From the IMG/VR virus record IMGVR_UViG_3300027659_000012: a DNA stretch of 64,000 nt, one strand, 5' to 3'. Below, piece by piece: positions 48,011 to 59,131 of the stretch. The position numbers and the translations under genes were made by a program. The notes beneath the pieces were generated by a model. The model did no database searches. It was not told the DNA's origin and saw nothing but the letters and a program-made list of their open reading frames with translations. Numbering within the stretch: position 1 is the stretch's first letter; every line of letters starts with the position of its first letter. The DNA comes from an uncultured virus (IMG/VR IMGVR_UViG_3300027659_000012) (taxonomy: Duplodnaviria; Heunggongvirae; Uroviricota; Caudoviricetes).

Positions 48011-49420
48011 TTAGAATTGAATTACAAGTTTAATTTCTTCTTTTTGAGTAGCATTACGGCTAATAGGCTTTCTATTTTCGATAAAAAGCACTTCACCCGT
48101 ATTGTGTACATATTCTGATTCGTTTACGGTGCTAAATAAGTATGTCGTACCGGAATCGCTATTAATATATATCGTTCCTCCAGCAGTGGTAAACTTAGCA
48201 TAATTTACTGAATCGCTATCATTTTGATGATAGTATAATTTACCCGTACCGGTACCGCTATCATAAACATATGAATCAAAGAAAGCCTTTGCTTTTACTC
48301 CACTGCCGACTTCAGTGATGACATCACCGGTGACAGCGTCGATCGAAGCTGCAGAAGACACCAAATATTTCAATGCGTCAGCCGAAGTGTTGTCATCTGG
48401 AAGAGTCGAAGTAATCGTAGGATTTTTGATCAAAGAAATTTGGCGATAAGATAAAATCTGTGCATCTCCACTTGGATCCTGCGCAATTAATTTTCCATCG
48501 AAATCTGCGGCGAGACCTAAAAACCAGGTTGGAAGGTTATTTAAAATCGTCGGCCCGAATCCATCGAGAGGAGCGATGTTTGGTATGATGATTGCTCCGC
48601 TACCTCCGCCAGTGACGGTGAAGCGAACACTCGCATTTGTAAATCCGAGGGTAGCATTTGCATCCGTGAATGCGACTCCAGTAATAACACTTCCAGTGCG
48701 AGTGATCGTCAATGGAATCGGGGAAGTGGTGCCATCTCCTACTAAGAAAGCCGTAGGAGCAGATGTATAACCTGTTCCACCATTTTGAATTGTGAAGCCG
48801 TAGACTCGTCCTTTCGTAGTATTGTTTGCTGTTTGACCAGCTCCACCCGAGTATTGAGTAGCATCAAGTTTGACCGCAATAAATTGATCTGTATTAAAAG
48901 GAGCATTAGCAATGTTTTCGACATTTGCAATGGCTATCCATGTATATCCGGTCGAAGCAGTGAATTCGGTGTATAATGCTTGTCCAGAAGGAATAACTGA
49001 AAGTGTAGATCCATCTGATTTGAGACACAACCAGATTTTAGAATCTGCGATTGCGTAACACGGATATGTCGTCACCGACCCAACAGTTGTGGGAGTAAAA
49101 CATGCGCTATCATTTGCTGCGTATGGCTTGTGTCTATTTCCAGTTTTCCAGGCAACGTTAGGAATGATAATTCGACTCTTCGTAGAATCCAATTTTAGAA
49201 GTGACATCAAATTGTTTCTGACTTCTTTCATGTCGCCGACTGATCCAATCGGGGGTGGAGTAACGAAATCAGGATCAGTTTCGATAAATCCACCGCTTGT
49301 GGGCCAAGCATCTGTTTTTCCGATACCGACGTAGTATGTATTTCCTTCTGTTCCCAATATGTCTGCTAAGACTGAGGAAGCAGAATTTCTTCTAAATTGA
49401 TCTGTGATGATAGCAGCCAT
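48011..49420 (-). CDS. gp8: Baseplate wedge subunit
   Basis: MAAIITDQFR, ENRKPISR...EEIKLVIQF. Confidence 0.85.
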   Translation of the reverse strand: MAAIITDQFRRNSASSVLADILGTEGNTYYVGIGKTDAWPTSGGFIETDPDFVTPPPIGSVGDMKEVRNNLMSLLKLDSTKSRIIIPNVAWKTGNRHKPYAANDSACFTPTTVGSVTTYPCYAIADSKIWLCLKSDGSTLSVIPSGQALYTEFTASTGYTWIAIANVENIANAPFNTDQFIAVKLDATQYSGGAGQTANNTTKGRVYGFTIQNGGTGYTSAPTAFLVGDGTTSPIPLTITRTGSVITGVAFTDANATLGFTNASVRFTVTGGGSGAIIIPNIAPLDGFGPTILNNLPTWFLGLAADFDGKLIAQDPSGDAQILSYRQISLIKNPTITSTLPDDNTSADALKYLVSSAASIDAVTGDVITEVGSGVKAKAFFDSYVYDSGTGTGKLYYHQNDSDSVNYAKFTTAGGTIYINSDSGTTYLFSTVNESEYVHNTGEVLFIENRKPISRNATQKEEIKLVIQF

Positions 49421-49454
49421 TTTTGTTTAATTCTATAGTAGTAGTTATGAGTAT

Positions 49455-50657
49455 TTATAACGAAGTATTGTATGCATACGCAGCTTCCCAATTTGTTTCA
49501 TCTGGTATAAGAGTATAATTAACCGAAGCCATTTCCCATTGTGATTGTGGATATGTTATATTTCCAGATGGAGTTACGAACGTAGCACTCTCATCTGATT
49601 CAAAGGTTGAAATTTTCCATGGATACCAACTTCCACGAACGGACCCGACGTGAGTGATGGCATTTGCCATGGCGGCTTCAATCGTGATATTGGCATATCC
49701 ATCTATCAAAGGATTAGGATCCCAAAATTTGAGATATTCGATATACTCGCTTTTTATTTTTTGCGCAGAAGAATTCGTCGCAACTAGTATCGATTGGCTG
49801 ATAATATAAACAGCACGAATGAAATCATTTTCGGCGCCGTTGCTAATGAGCGCGGCGATGACAAATCTAAGTTTTCTAGCATTTCCACTTAACCAACCTG
49901 GTTGAAATTTAGGGCTATGAAATGCGATGGAGTTTGCATTTAATGTATGAGGACTCGTATATGCATTTAACCAACTTAAATCTGCGGTAGGGTTCGTAGA
50001 GTTATAATCTATATAATTATCCCAAACGTTAGAAACGGAAATAAGTACTAATAATTGCGAAAACAAATACAAGCCAGCAGGATGTACCAGTTTAAGATAC
50101 GCTTTTTCCCATTCAGAGAAAGTAACACCACTTTTAATTCCGTAAGAATATTCTTGCCAAACATATCCATCCTGAATTCTGTTTTGATCAGAAGTAAATC
50201 CCTTTCTATTCGAATAGACCCAATCATCACCGGAATATGATCCGGATCCATCAGAAGTTTTAAATAAATAATCTTTAGGATAAATTATTTCAATAAACTC
50301 ATCAAAAAATATACGAAAAAATACGTTTGCGCTTTCGGCTGTTCCGCGAATGCTATAATATTTTACGATCTTTTTATATAAAGATACCCTATCGATGACT
50401 TTAGAATTAGGTATACTGTTTGCGATTTCTGCTTGTATAGCATCCAGATAAGAAGCAGACACGCGATCTATATCATGCTCGGCGGTAATATTCGAGATTA
50501 CGTTACTCGGTAATCCCACAGTATTCATATAATTGTAATACTGTTCTAAGAATCCTATCAATGCCGTGGCATTTTCAGAGATAGCATGCGGCAACAAGTC
50601 AGCCGTACGTTGCGACTCTTGATTACGTGGCCGCGAATCTGCTATGCTGAGTATCAT
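49455..50657 (-). CDS. Baseplate wedge initiator, gp7-like
   Basis: FLEQYY, RGTAES...FFRIFF, QDGYVWQEYSY, LVHPAG. Confidence 0.7.
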   Translation of the reverse strand: MILSIADSRPRNQESQRTADLLPHAISENATALIGFLEQYYNYMNTVGLPSNVISNITAEHDIDRVSASYLDAIQAEIANSIPNSKVIDRVSLYKKIVKYYSIRGTAESANVFFRIFFDEFIEIIYPKDYLFKTSDGSGSYSGDDWVYSNRKGFTSDQNRIQDGYVWQEYSYGIKSGVTFSEWEKAYLKLVHPAGLYLFSQLLVLISVSNVWDNYIDYNSTNPTADLSWLNAYTSPHTLNANSIAFHSPKFQPGWLSGNARKLRFVIAALISNGAENDFIRAVYIISQSILVATNSSAQKIKSEYIEYLKFWDPNPLIDGYANITIEAAMANAITHVGSVRGSWYPWKISTFESDESATFVTPSGNITYPQSQWEMASVNYTLIPDETNWEAAYAYNTSL

Positions 50658-52531
50658 ACGTCTTTATTGAATGTTGTATAATTGATCGCTCCATTAGATC
50701 CACCGGAAACGATTTCGTCGATATCACCAAATATGGTCGTTTTATTGAAATCGATCAAAAGGATTTGGTTTCTAACGACTGGAATATCATCTGCTGCAGG
50801 AGTGACATATATAGATATCGTCGTATTTGTATCTGCCTTAAGCGTTGTCAAATTAATTAATCCAATTGTTGGGTTTAAAGTCCCCACTGATTGTTGAACC
50901 TTTTGAAACTCGCCAGCAGCATTTAGAACATAAACGTATATGTTTCTAAAACTTTCATTGGTAGGATCATATTCGTCGGCCAAATAACATGTTTTACCAT
51001 CAAAGGGAAATGAAGTCGAAGAAATAAATGATTCTTCTTTATTTGTTTTACCTAATAACTCAAATGAGAATGATGTCGAAGATTCATATGATAACGGGGT
51101 AAGATCGATTTGTTTATACGCATACACCCTCGCAGTAGAATTTAAGATAGATATGTTACTATTGTCTATCTTAGATAAAAATTTAGAATGTCTAAAGATG
51201 CCATCGAAAGCAAGTAGGTTATCTTTTTCGTATGCTTTAATGGCATCATTAACCTGAGATTGCAATCCTTGCTGAGAAAGCGTAGTAATTGCTGGATTAT
51301 ATTTAAAAAATATATTAAAATATAAAAAGGTATAATCCGGTCTAACTAATACTGGAGTAATCGAAAGGACTCGTTTTGGCTCTAAGAAATTTAAGATCTG
51401 TTGTTCTTGTGTTGACGTTAAATATAAATTATCTTCGCTGATGCTATTATTTGAATCACCGGTTGGTTTTATCGAAATGAATACCTTTCCGTATTGTACC
51501 GGAACATTATATTCTCCGCCCCAAACAGATATGGAATCAACCGATTTGAACTCTGATCTAATCACCGCTTTGTAGTCTTCAGTAGTGACCGCACGATTCT
51601 GAGAAATTAGAGATTGCGGCGCATTTTTACGAATACTATCCAATGATTCACGTTCCGAACCGCCTAGAGCTTTCGCCACCATGACGATAGTTGGATTACC
51701 CGTAGTATAGGCTAATTGAGTATCGGCATATTTGAAAGTTGCACATCCATTTGCCGAGGTTCCTTGAGTAACTAGATATTCTAATTCGACAACTGCCAAT
51801 CCAGCCGGAGCTTTACCAAAAACATTATTTCCAAACGTGATCTCATAATTACCCAAAGCATTCTCGGCTAAAAAGTATATTGCGGATTTATCGGTGATAT
51901 TATCAAATGTAGAGAAACGAGAATATAATTCAGATTCGCTTACAGTTTGATCGGCGTATACTCGAACGACTAAAGTATTAATATCGACGTTTGCATCCGG
52001 AATAATAAATTTTTGATTTTCGTTTGAACTATCGACGCTGTATCGGCTCGTCGCGAATGAACCTTGTATCAACTTTACGTCGTTGAACGAATATTGATTA
52101 TTAATGTTAATGGTGCTATACGTCTTATCCGTGACGAACTGATACGTAACTCCATCAAGGGAAGATTTAAATTTTGTTCCTTTTGGTAATAGAATTTCGT
52201 TACCAATAGAAACTCCATTAGTGGAAGCAAGAAAAGTCATATCGACGTACGCATATGGTGTAATCGTACTATACGGAAGATACCCCAATAACTTAGCCGA
52301 CGATACGACGTTTGAACGAACCTGCGCAGTATCCAAGAAACTTTCATTTACCGACATGTGCGCTAATACGGCGTTATAGTGCGTATTATATGCAAGCACA
52401 TCTAACAATAGACTTAAACCTGAGCCATCATAGTCCCAATCTTTAAATGGAGAATCAGTATTTGTAAAATAACTTTTAAGATTACTTTTAATCTGATCAA
52501 AGTCAAGTTCTGTAACGTTAAGCTGCGCCAT
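50654..52531 (-). CDS. gp6: Baseplate wedge subunit
   Basis: LDFDQIK, LLDVLAYNTHY, QNRAVTTEDY, WGGE. Confidence 0.95.
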   Translation of the reverse strand: MAQLNVTELDFDQIKSNLKSYFTNTDSPFKDWDYDGSGLSLLLDVLAYNTHYNAVLAHMSVNESFLDTAQVRSNVVSSAKLLGYLPYSTITPYAYVDMTFLASTNGVSIGNEILLPKGTKFKSSLDGVTYQFVTDKTYSTININNQYSFNDVKLIQGSFATSRYSVDSSNENQKFIIPDANVDINTLVVRVYADQTVSESELYSRFSTFDNITDKSAIYFLAENALGNYEITFGNNVFGKAPAGLAVVELEYLVTQGTSANGCATFKYADTQLAYTTGNPTIVMVAKALGGSERESLDSIRKNAPQSLISQNRAVTTEDYKAVIRSEFKSVDSISVWGGEYNVPVQYGKVFISIKPTGDSNNSISEDNLYLTSTQEQQILNFLEPKRVLSITPVLVRPDYTFLYFNIFFKYNPAITTLSQQGLQSQVNDAIKAYEKDNLLAFDGIFRHSKFLSKIDNSNISILNSTARVYAYKQIDLTPLSYESSTSFSFELLGKTNKEESFISSTSFPFDGKTCYLADEYDPTNESFRNIYVYVLNAAGEFQKVQQSVGTLNPTIGLINLTTLKADTNTTISIYVTPAADDIPVVRNQILLIDFNKTTIFGDIDEIVSGGSNGAINYTTFNKDV

Positions 52532-52540
52532 ATTAGTATA

Positions 52541-52981
52541 TTATCGTAATCTGTTTAAGTAGAATGAAATTTCCGCCCCTCTATTGTCGTATATGACATT
52601 AAAAGAAATATTTACTAAGTAAGAATTTCTATCTAGGTCATCAAGTATCTCTACGCTCACCTCGTTGATTCGAGGCTCATGTTCTGCAAGTACTTGTTCA
52701 ATTTCTTGTCGAATCGCCATCGCCGTAAATGGAGAAGCGTTTTCGAATAACATCTCGGTGATTCTACAACCAAGTTCTGGATGAAAAGGACGATCGTATC
52801 TAGAACTTAAAACTAAATTCTTTACGGAGTTTTTTACTGCCTCGATGTCCGTAACCGGTCGGACATCATTTAAAACAGGATGAACATATAAGAGAGTATT
52901 GAGATCGGCATAAATCGTTTTACGGGCGACTACCTTAGCCGATCCGCTTACTGGATTATAATCTGATAATACCGAACTCAT
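52541..52981 (-). CDS. gp25: Baseplate wedge subunit
   Basis: AVKNSVKNLV, RPFHPELG, HEPRI. Confidence 0.92.
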   Translation of the reverse strand: MSSVLSDYNPVSGSAKVVARKTIYADLNTLLYVHPVLNDVRPVTDIEAVKNSVKNLVLSSRYDRPFHPELGCRITEMLFENASPFTAMAIRQEIEQVLAEHEPRINEVSVEILDDLDRNSYLVNISFNVIYDNRGAEISFYLNRLR

Positions 52982-53007
52982 ATACGTATTTATATACTCC
53001 GATATGA

Positions 53008-54450
53008 TTACCAGGTGGAATTATTACCGCGAGTATCTATATGAACAAAGGTGTTATATAAACCTAATCCGCCTCTAAACCTACCTTGATTGCGCCATGA
53101 CAACAGCGTATTATATACTGATTGCGGAGATTTTCCACTAACCTGAATATCAAGCGCATTGAATACTAAATGGAAACTTCCGAGTTTACCTCCTACATTA
53201 CGATTATATTCCGGACTTCTATATGAGCTAGTGATGGTTATTTCTCCGCCTAAGGCATCGCTTAATTCATCGACAACACGGAGCGTACTCACTATGTTTG
53301 GCCAGAGCGAAGAACTTGGAGTTTGATTTAGCGGTCTCGAGAAATAATTAGTGAATTCAGAGGCTGAGAAATGTTTGAATCCTTGTGCATTGAACCATTC
53401 GGCAAATTTTTGACCCTTAATGACTTCGACATGATTGATTCCGGATTGCATGGCCGAACGATCGGCAAGAGCTTTCCAATTTGCAGTTAAAGTAGTTTTT
53501 AATGCGATAGATGTTGAATCCGTTGCATCTTTAATCGCCGGCGTTTTGACAGTATGCAAAGTCATTTCGGTGACTAAAGAAGGCAGACTGTTAAGTATAG
53601 CATCCACATCCTCTGAAGATATAGTACCATTTGCGTCTTTAATTTTTTGCAAAAACTGTTCATTTACCTTGATCGCCGACAATTTGCATGCATTAATTGC
53701 TGCATTGACTTCTTCGATATCTTTCGAATATACAATATAGTCTTGTTGTGTAGATTGTTCGGCGCTAGATAAATTTTGAACTGCGGTATTATCTAAAGAT
53801 ATTCCTTGACCTTGGCATTTAACGACGAACGAAGCGTATGCCGCGCTCGAAACTATGGCTTCAAGGTTTGTATCAGAGCTTATTTTTAATTGATACAGTT
53901 CGCTGCTCTCAATCGTCTGAGTGATTGCTTTTCCGGCATCAGTGGCGGCAACCGTTTTCGTCGTGAATCCTTCTGGAAGATTATTTTTCATCGTGACCTC
54001 GGCCGGAGTTGATTTTTCCGGAGGACCAGAAGCAGTTATAGCCGGAGGAGCCTCGACGAATGCCGTACCATCAGGATTCAACTTATAGTTTGAACGCATC
54101 AGGTCACACGGATTGAGGTTTGCTAGATTCTGAACGATGGTTTCAATGTCAGAAACTATTTGTCCCCATTTTTCGATAAAGGCTTTTGTTTTTTGGGTAT
54201 AAGTGACGATATCTTCCCCGATACTATCTTTCAATTCTTGCAGATCTAATAAAAAGCTAGGTTTAAAATCTGGAAATGGCGGTATCAAAGCCTCGAATGC
54301 GTCTTTCAACTCATTCGCTTTATCTGTAATGGCACTTGTGACTGCTCCCGCAGCGTCTTTGATTTGTTGTTCCAATTCGCTCTTAAGTTTACTAATCGCC
54401 GAATCTAACGGATTTCCGGAACAAAGCAATTTAAGTGGGTCTAACTCCAT
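53008..54450 (-). CDS. Helical protein with C-terminal peptidase M15 (D-Ala-D-Ala peptidase-like) domain
   Basis: SSYRSPEYN, SFH...ALD, FVHIDTRG zinc ligands. Confidence 0.82.
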   Translation of the reverse strand: MELDPLKLLCSGNPLDSAISKLKSELEQQIKDAAGAVTSAITDKANELKDAFEALIPPFPDFKPSFLLDLQELKDSIGEDIVTYTQKTKAFIEKWGQIVSDIETIVQNLANLNPCDLMRSNYKLNPDGTAFVEAPPAITASGPPEKSTPAEVTMKNNLPEGFTTKTVAATDAGKAITQTIESSELYQLKISSDTNLEAIVSSAAYASFVVKCQGQGISLDNTAVQNLSSAEQSTQQDYIVYSKDIEEVNAAINACKLSAIKVNEQFLQKIKDANGTISSEDVDAILNSLPSLVTEMTLHTVKTPAIKDATDSTSIALKTTLTANWKALADRSAMQSGINHVEVIKGQKFAEWFNAQGFKHFSASEFTNYFSRPLNQTPSSSLWPNIVSTLRVVDELSDALGGEITITSSYRSPEYNRNVGGKLGSFHLVFNALDIQVSGKSPQSVYNTLLSWRNQGRFRGGLGLYNTFVHIDTRGNNSTW

Positions 54451-54458
54451 ACGCGTAT

Positions 54459-55592
54459 TTATGGATTAAGATTTATCAATGAACCGGTGATGGTAGTCAC
54501 ACTCGCAGCGCCGATAGACATCGTTCCTCCCGCTGAGGTGTCTAAATTTCCACTCGTGAAATCAACTCTGGGTCCTAATGTTTTGAAACTTGTATCCGTA
54601 GAAGTGAAATCTAATTTTCGGCAATCTATCTTTGATATACCCGAAACGATCATTGAATCGTTTGTACCTATCGTAATTTGTCTTTCTCCGCCAATGTTTT
54701 GTGTGACCTTTCCATAAACCTCGGCATTGTAGTCTGCGCCAGTTTTGATGATCTTGGACCCTTTGATATTTTCATTGTAATTACCCTCGACCTCGAGGTT
54801 ATAGTTTCCGCGAATCAAAGTATTGCAATCGCCGACGATGGTCAGGTTACAAGTTCCGTATATGTAAACGTTATCGTCCTTGGCTACTATTTTATATGAA
54901 GAGCCAACAAGTGTTGTAGTTAAATTTCCGCCAGAATCGATCTGACGCATAGTCCCGCTGCAATGTGTTTCAGAGATACGTTCGGCGCCAGGCGTATCAT
55001 CTACCTCGATCACGTGACCACTTACCGTACGAGTCGCGCTATTATACGGATACGAAGGCTTAACGGTATCAGCAGTCGAAGGAGGAGTAAAAGAGCCTCG
55101 CGTAGCGTCTTCTGCGGTGGGATCGATCGACGTGATTGCCGGCGGAATAGCAGATTCTATCGTTTGATGATCTGTTTGTTGTTGGATACTATATCCAGTA
55201 CTCTTTTTATATTTGTTTGTTGCTATTTCCGGAGTATCGACACCATTACGTTTAGGATATACCCCGGAAGGATCGGCGAAGGTTGAACCCGGTTGAACGC
55301 GAGTAGAATTTCCAGGAATAGATCCAACGATTATTGGATCCTGATAATCTTCTCCGTCTCGAAAAAATCCCATTACCCATGAACCCGGCAAAAGTCCTGT
55401 TGAAGTTTGACCGATTCCGGATATCGATGCCGAGGTGACAGGCATCAACGGCGTAGCCCAAGGGAGAGATGACGTAGGAAGTTCCTCGGAATCTGGTGTA
55501 TGATAACCTATCGCCCGAACCTTGATTCTTCCTCTTTCTTGCGGGTCGTTGATATCCTCTACGACGCCGGTAAACCATTTTAAATCATTCAT
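54459..55592 (-). CDS. gp5: Baseplate hub spike, no lysozyme domain
   Basis: WFTGVVED..DP...GR.KVR OB-fold, GHVIEVDDTPGAER, beta-helix C-terminus. Confidence 0.9.
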   Translation of the reverse strand: MNDLKWFTGVVEDINDPQERGRIKVRAIGYHTPDSEELPTSSLPWATPLMPVTSASISGIGQTSTGLLPGSWVMGFFRDGEDYQDPIIVGSIPGNSTRVQPGSTFADPSGVYPKRNGVDTPEIATNKYKKSTGYSIQQQTDHQTIESAIPPAITSIDPTAEDATRGSFTPPSTADTVKPSYPYNSATRTVSGHVIEVDDTPGAERISETHCSGTMRQIDSGGNLTTTLVGSSYKIVAKDDNVYIYGTCNLTIVGDCNTLIRGNYNLEVEGNYNENIKGSKIIKTGADYNAEVYGKVTQNIGGERQITIGTNDSMIVSGISKIDCRKLDFTSTDTSFKTLGPRVDFTSGNLDTSAGGTMSIGAASVTTITGSLINLNP

Positions 55593-55594
55593 AA

Positions 55595-56956
55595 TTATGC
55601 CGAATCCCTTCCGATCGTTAACTGCGTAGTATATATACCTTGTTCAAATCGATGCGCCGCTTTAAATACAATATATTTTCCGGATAAAGTGGAATCAAAC
55701 TTATTGAGTTTCGTATCCGCGTTTCCTCTGAATGCCTTTTGGTTATAATAACTTACCGCCTTAGGTATGTTGATGGTTATCTTTCTTCCGGCATTTAAGT
55801 ATAAGTCTCCGTATACAATGATATCGTGACTTTCGTTTTGCAAGTTAGATATGATAGATTTTGCTTTATGTTGCGATTCGGCTAATGCCGAATTGGAATT
55901 TTCCGAGGCAAATCCATACGAAGAAGGATTGGTGTAGACGTAGTTGATACTCGCCTGAGGCATGTTGTTTAGCGTCATCGGGGAACCGTTACGAAAAACA
56001 CCGAATTCAGTAGAATATGTTTTACCGCTTCCTAGACTCAACTCTTTACTTCCTTCCTTTGAATGATCGAAATTACGTACGGTGATGTTCTTATTCGCGA
56101 TGTCGACGTATCTTGTTTCCGAGGCGAATGCTCCTTTTCTCGCCTGAGCCACTTTATCTAGTTTTAAATTAGATGTTATGGTAAAGATACGATCAGCCTG
56201 CTCGTTGAATCCTTCATTTGTACCAGGCTTCTCGTGGTATTGACTATGATAAACGTAAGTCTTATAGTTAGGATTCGTTTTGTCGGAAATCAAAGAAAGC
56301 AATGAAGATAACTGCACGTTGCCATTGATCGTCTGAAACAACATGAACGGCGAACCTGTTTTATCGAATGTACGTTTCGTGAGCCACTCGGCGTTCTTAA
56401 TCGGTGTATTGATCGGAAGAACGCCTGAAAAGTTAGAGGAAGGTTCACCTGTAATTAAAAATTTATCGTTCGAGACCAGCAGATCATTTACGAATATACT
56501 TTTTATATTTTCAGAGGTATTCCCGGTAATAGATCTGCTAATCTTAGTTAACGCCGAGTGATATGCTATCTCACTCAGGGCGACGATCGTATAATACTGA
56601 ACGTCATATTTTTCTTTATCCCTAGAAAATAAAGGATATTCCTTGGTGACGAACCTAAGTTTGATTAGTTTTTCAAGTGAAGATCCTTTATCGATTTTGG
56701 ATATCGTAAGACTAAGGATTTCTTGACCGCATAAGCCGTAATCTTCGAACAAGTTAACGTTATCGATTATATCTACGGTCAACACTAACACCGGAGAAAA
56801 TATTTCCTCGGTTATCGTAAACGATTTAATTAATTTCTGAATATCTACCTGTTGAGCTTTATTATTGGTCAAGGTAAATGATTTGATTACGAATGCACCA
56901 GGAAATTCGACACCTTTGCCGTTTCCTGCTACACCGTATGAAATGTTATTAAACAT
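55595..56956 (-). CDS. Baseplate hub protein, gp27-like
   Basis: Position between gp53 and gp5; LSGKYIV...HRF C-terminal pattern. Confidence 0.6.
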   Translation of the reverse strand: MFNNISYGVAGNGKGVEFPGAFVIKSFTLTNNKAQQVDIQKLIKSFTITEEIFSPVLVLTVDIIDNVNLFEDYGLCGQEILSLTISKIDKGSSLEKLIKLRFVTKEYPLFSRDKEKYDVQYYTIVALSEIAYHSALTKISRSITGNTSENIKSIFVNDLLVSNDKFLITGEPSSNFSGVLPINTPIKNAEWLTKRTFDKTGSPFMLFQTINGNVQLSSLLSLISDKTNPNYKTYVYHSQYHEKPGTNEGFNEQADRIFTITSNLKLDKVAQARKGAFASETRYVDIANKNITVRNFDHSKEGSKELSLGSGKTYSTEFGVFRNGSPMTLNNMPQASINYVYTNPSSYGFASENSNSALAESQHKAKSIISNLQNESHDIIVYGDLYLNAGRKITINIPKAVSYYNQKAFRGNADTKLNKFDSTLSGKYIVFKAAHRFEQGIYTTQLTIGRDSA

Positions 56957-58034
56957 TCGAGTTTAATGCGGTTTTAAATGATTCCTCAAATGATGAGATA
57001 TATTGCGGGTCGATCACCGTTATATTTTTATGAGATTCATTAATGTTGAATTCATTTTGAACATAAGAGATATAATCCGAATTTGGATTTTTCAACGAAT
57101 GCATACTATAGCTTTGATTTAATGTCGAGATATGATCAAGCATTAGGCTATAGTATGAAACATATCGTTTGGATCCGTCATCTTCTTCTTTATAAAATGA
57201 ATATGAGGCATCATAAGAATTTTGCCAAATATCCGAAGGAATAAATTGAAGTTTAGGATAAACAAACAATTCCGGCGAGTCGTCTCTTAGCTTTTCATAT
57301 TCATAATATAATGCCGGGTCGGTAGTTTGCAACGATTGCAGAACTTTTTCATTCCATTCGATATCTAAAGCATGTATATCATCAAACGCCGTATCTCCTT
57401 CTGAGTATGGATTAATGAATTCAAGCGCATAATACGAAACGTGAACGCTAGGATTTTTATCATAAAATGCTTCATTGTCAATGTTTTCTATCCAAAGTTG
57501 AAGAGTAGAAGAATCAAATCGATTAATGTTCGCTGAGGCTATTGGTCCTGGACTAGCGTTATATGCGCTAAGATAAAGATATGGCAAATATTTTTCATCG
57601 AGCGGTAAACCTATAAAAGTATTATACAGATGCGTATAGGTAATGACTTGGCTATCCGTATCGTATGATCCTGAAATAGTATAAGTTTTATTCGGAATCG
57701 CTAATGGAACAAATGTTAAGACTGAATATTTTCCATATTCAGCTTCGACAAATTTATTAAATTCAAGATTATTGAGTGGCCAATTATTTAATCCTTCTTT
57801 TAAGAAATCATTGGTGATAAAGAATGTCCAGTAATAATCAGGACTTGCATATAAATTATTTGATACTATATCGGGTCTCTCTCCATCATTGATATAATAC
57901 GATTTATAAACACTAATCTGATCTATCAACTTATCGTTTACATCGACGTTACGAAAAATATCAGTAATGACCCGATTGACACCATTATCTTGCAGATCAA
58001 AAGATCTGAACGGAAACATTGAAAAGAATGACAT
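56949..58034 (-). CDS. gp53: Baseplate wedge component
   Basis: DGERPDIVS..LY.SPDYYW, WPL; start at MSFFSMFP. Confidence 0.85.
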   Translation of the reverse strand: MSFFSMFPFRSFDLQDNGVNRVITDIFRNVDVNDKLIDQISVYKSYYINDGERPDIVSNNLYASPDYYWTFFITNDFLKEGLNNWPLNNLEFNKFVEAEYGKYSVLTFVPLAIPNKTYTISGSYDTDSQVITYTHLYNTFIGLPLDEKYLPYLYLSAYNASPGPIASANINRFDSSTLQLWIENIDNEAFYDKNPSVHVSYYALEFINPYSEGDTAFDDIHALDIEWNEKVLQSLQTTDPALYYEYEKLRDDSPELFVYPKLQFIPSDIWQNSYDASYSFYKEEDDGSKRYVSYYSLMLDHISTLNQSYSMHSLKNPNSDYISYVQNEFNINESHKNITVIDPQYISSFEESFKTALNSNV

Positions 58035-58048
58035 ACTGTTTATTAATT

Positions 58049-59110
58049 TTAAAACCAATTTTTAACTGCATCAACGAATGACTTAGGGGCATTTGGGTCT
58101 TTAGAATTGGTTCCTATTAATCCATTTGCGCCTGGAGATCCTTGTAATGTACCAAGCGCATCAAAACCTATGGCTTTTTTGAGCTTTTCGTTCATCTTAT
58201 TCACTACAGCCTGAGTTATATTTTCACCCATATTGCTGCCATCCGCAGAAAATCCATGTTGCATATTTGAGATATCTCCTTGAGTCAATGCCTTGGTTTC
58301 GGTAAATGCTACCACCACATCGACTTCTAAAGGAGCCTTATCATTTCTCCACATCTTCGATGAAGAATTAAAATTGGTAGAAAGGTTCTGCAAATAGCAT
58401 TCATAGGGTTGAGGAAGATGCGGTAGAGGTTTAAGTTCGGGAAGGGATATATATTTAATCTGCCATTTGGGAGGAAAGCGAAGCTTCATGTTTTCTGCTC
58501 CCGTTACACCGGTCGGATACATACCTGAACGAAATGCAAATTGAATCTTCTTAATCATTTCAGATTCTTCCGGAGAACGAGCTATCATCTTGAACGTAAA
58601 AGAATGATTTCTTATACCAACACCATCAAAAGTAGTAACCGTATTTTTATTTTGGGTGATCTGCGTGACTGAGGCGATGCCCGCATTTATTTCAGCGTTG
58701 GCACTCGCGGCTTGCGCTAAGGTAGACAATGCTTCGCTTCTCGTTCCGGGCAAGAATTGGCTCAATATGTTTCCGGTCGCTCCGGATAAACCTTTACCTG
58801 CGGCTGTCCAACTTTCGGCAGTCACTCCTACCCTTGCGGCCTTTTGTGCGGCGAAGCCGAGTATGTTAAGATCTTGACCGCTATACGACATCGAATCGTT
58901 CATCTGAACACCCTCAGGCATTGGAAAATAAATGTTAGTATATCCTTGCAAAGGAACCATACACGTGAACTGAATCAATGGCCGATCCGGAACACTCATG
59001 ATATCGATAGGATAATATAAAGATCCACCCAACGAATTCGATATATTAAAAAGCTTTCGACTAGAAGCGAGTCCTACGATCTTTGTTGCGGTTGAAAATA
59101 TATTTGCCAT
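58049..59110 (-). CDS. gp48: Baseplate tail tube cap
   Basis: F.GVG.RNHSFTFKM.ARS.EES, FTETKALT. Confidence 0.8.
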   Translation of the reverse strand: MANIFSTATKIVGLASSRKLFNISNSLGGSLYYPIDIMSVPDRPLIQFTCMVPLQGYTNIYFPMPEGVQMNDSMSYSGQDLNILGFAAQKAARVGVTAESWTAAGKGLSGATGNILSQFLPGTRSEALSTLAQAASANAEINAGIASVTQITQNKNTVTTFDGVGIRNHSFTFKMIARSPEESEMIKKIQFAFRSGMYPTGVTGAENMKLRFPPKWQIKYISLPELKPLPHLPQPYECYLQNLSTNFNSSSKMWRNDKAPLEVDVVVAFTETKALTQGDISNMQHGFSADGSNMGENITQAVVNKMNEKLKKAIGFDALGTLQGSPGANGLIGTNSKDPNAPKSFVDAVKNWF

Positions 59111-59131
59111 AAATACCTAAATAGTATTTAT

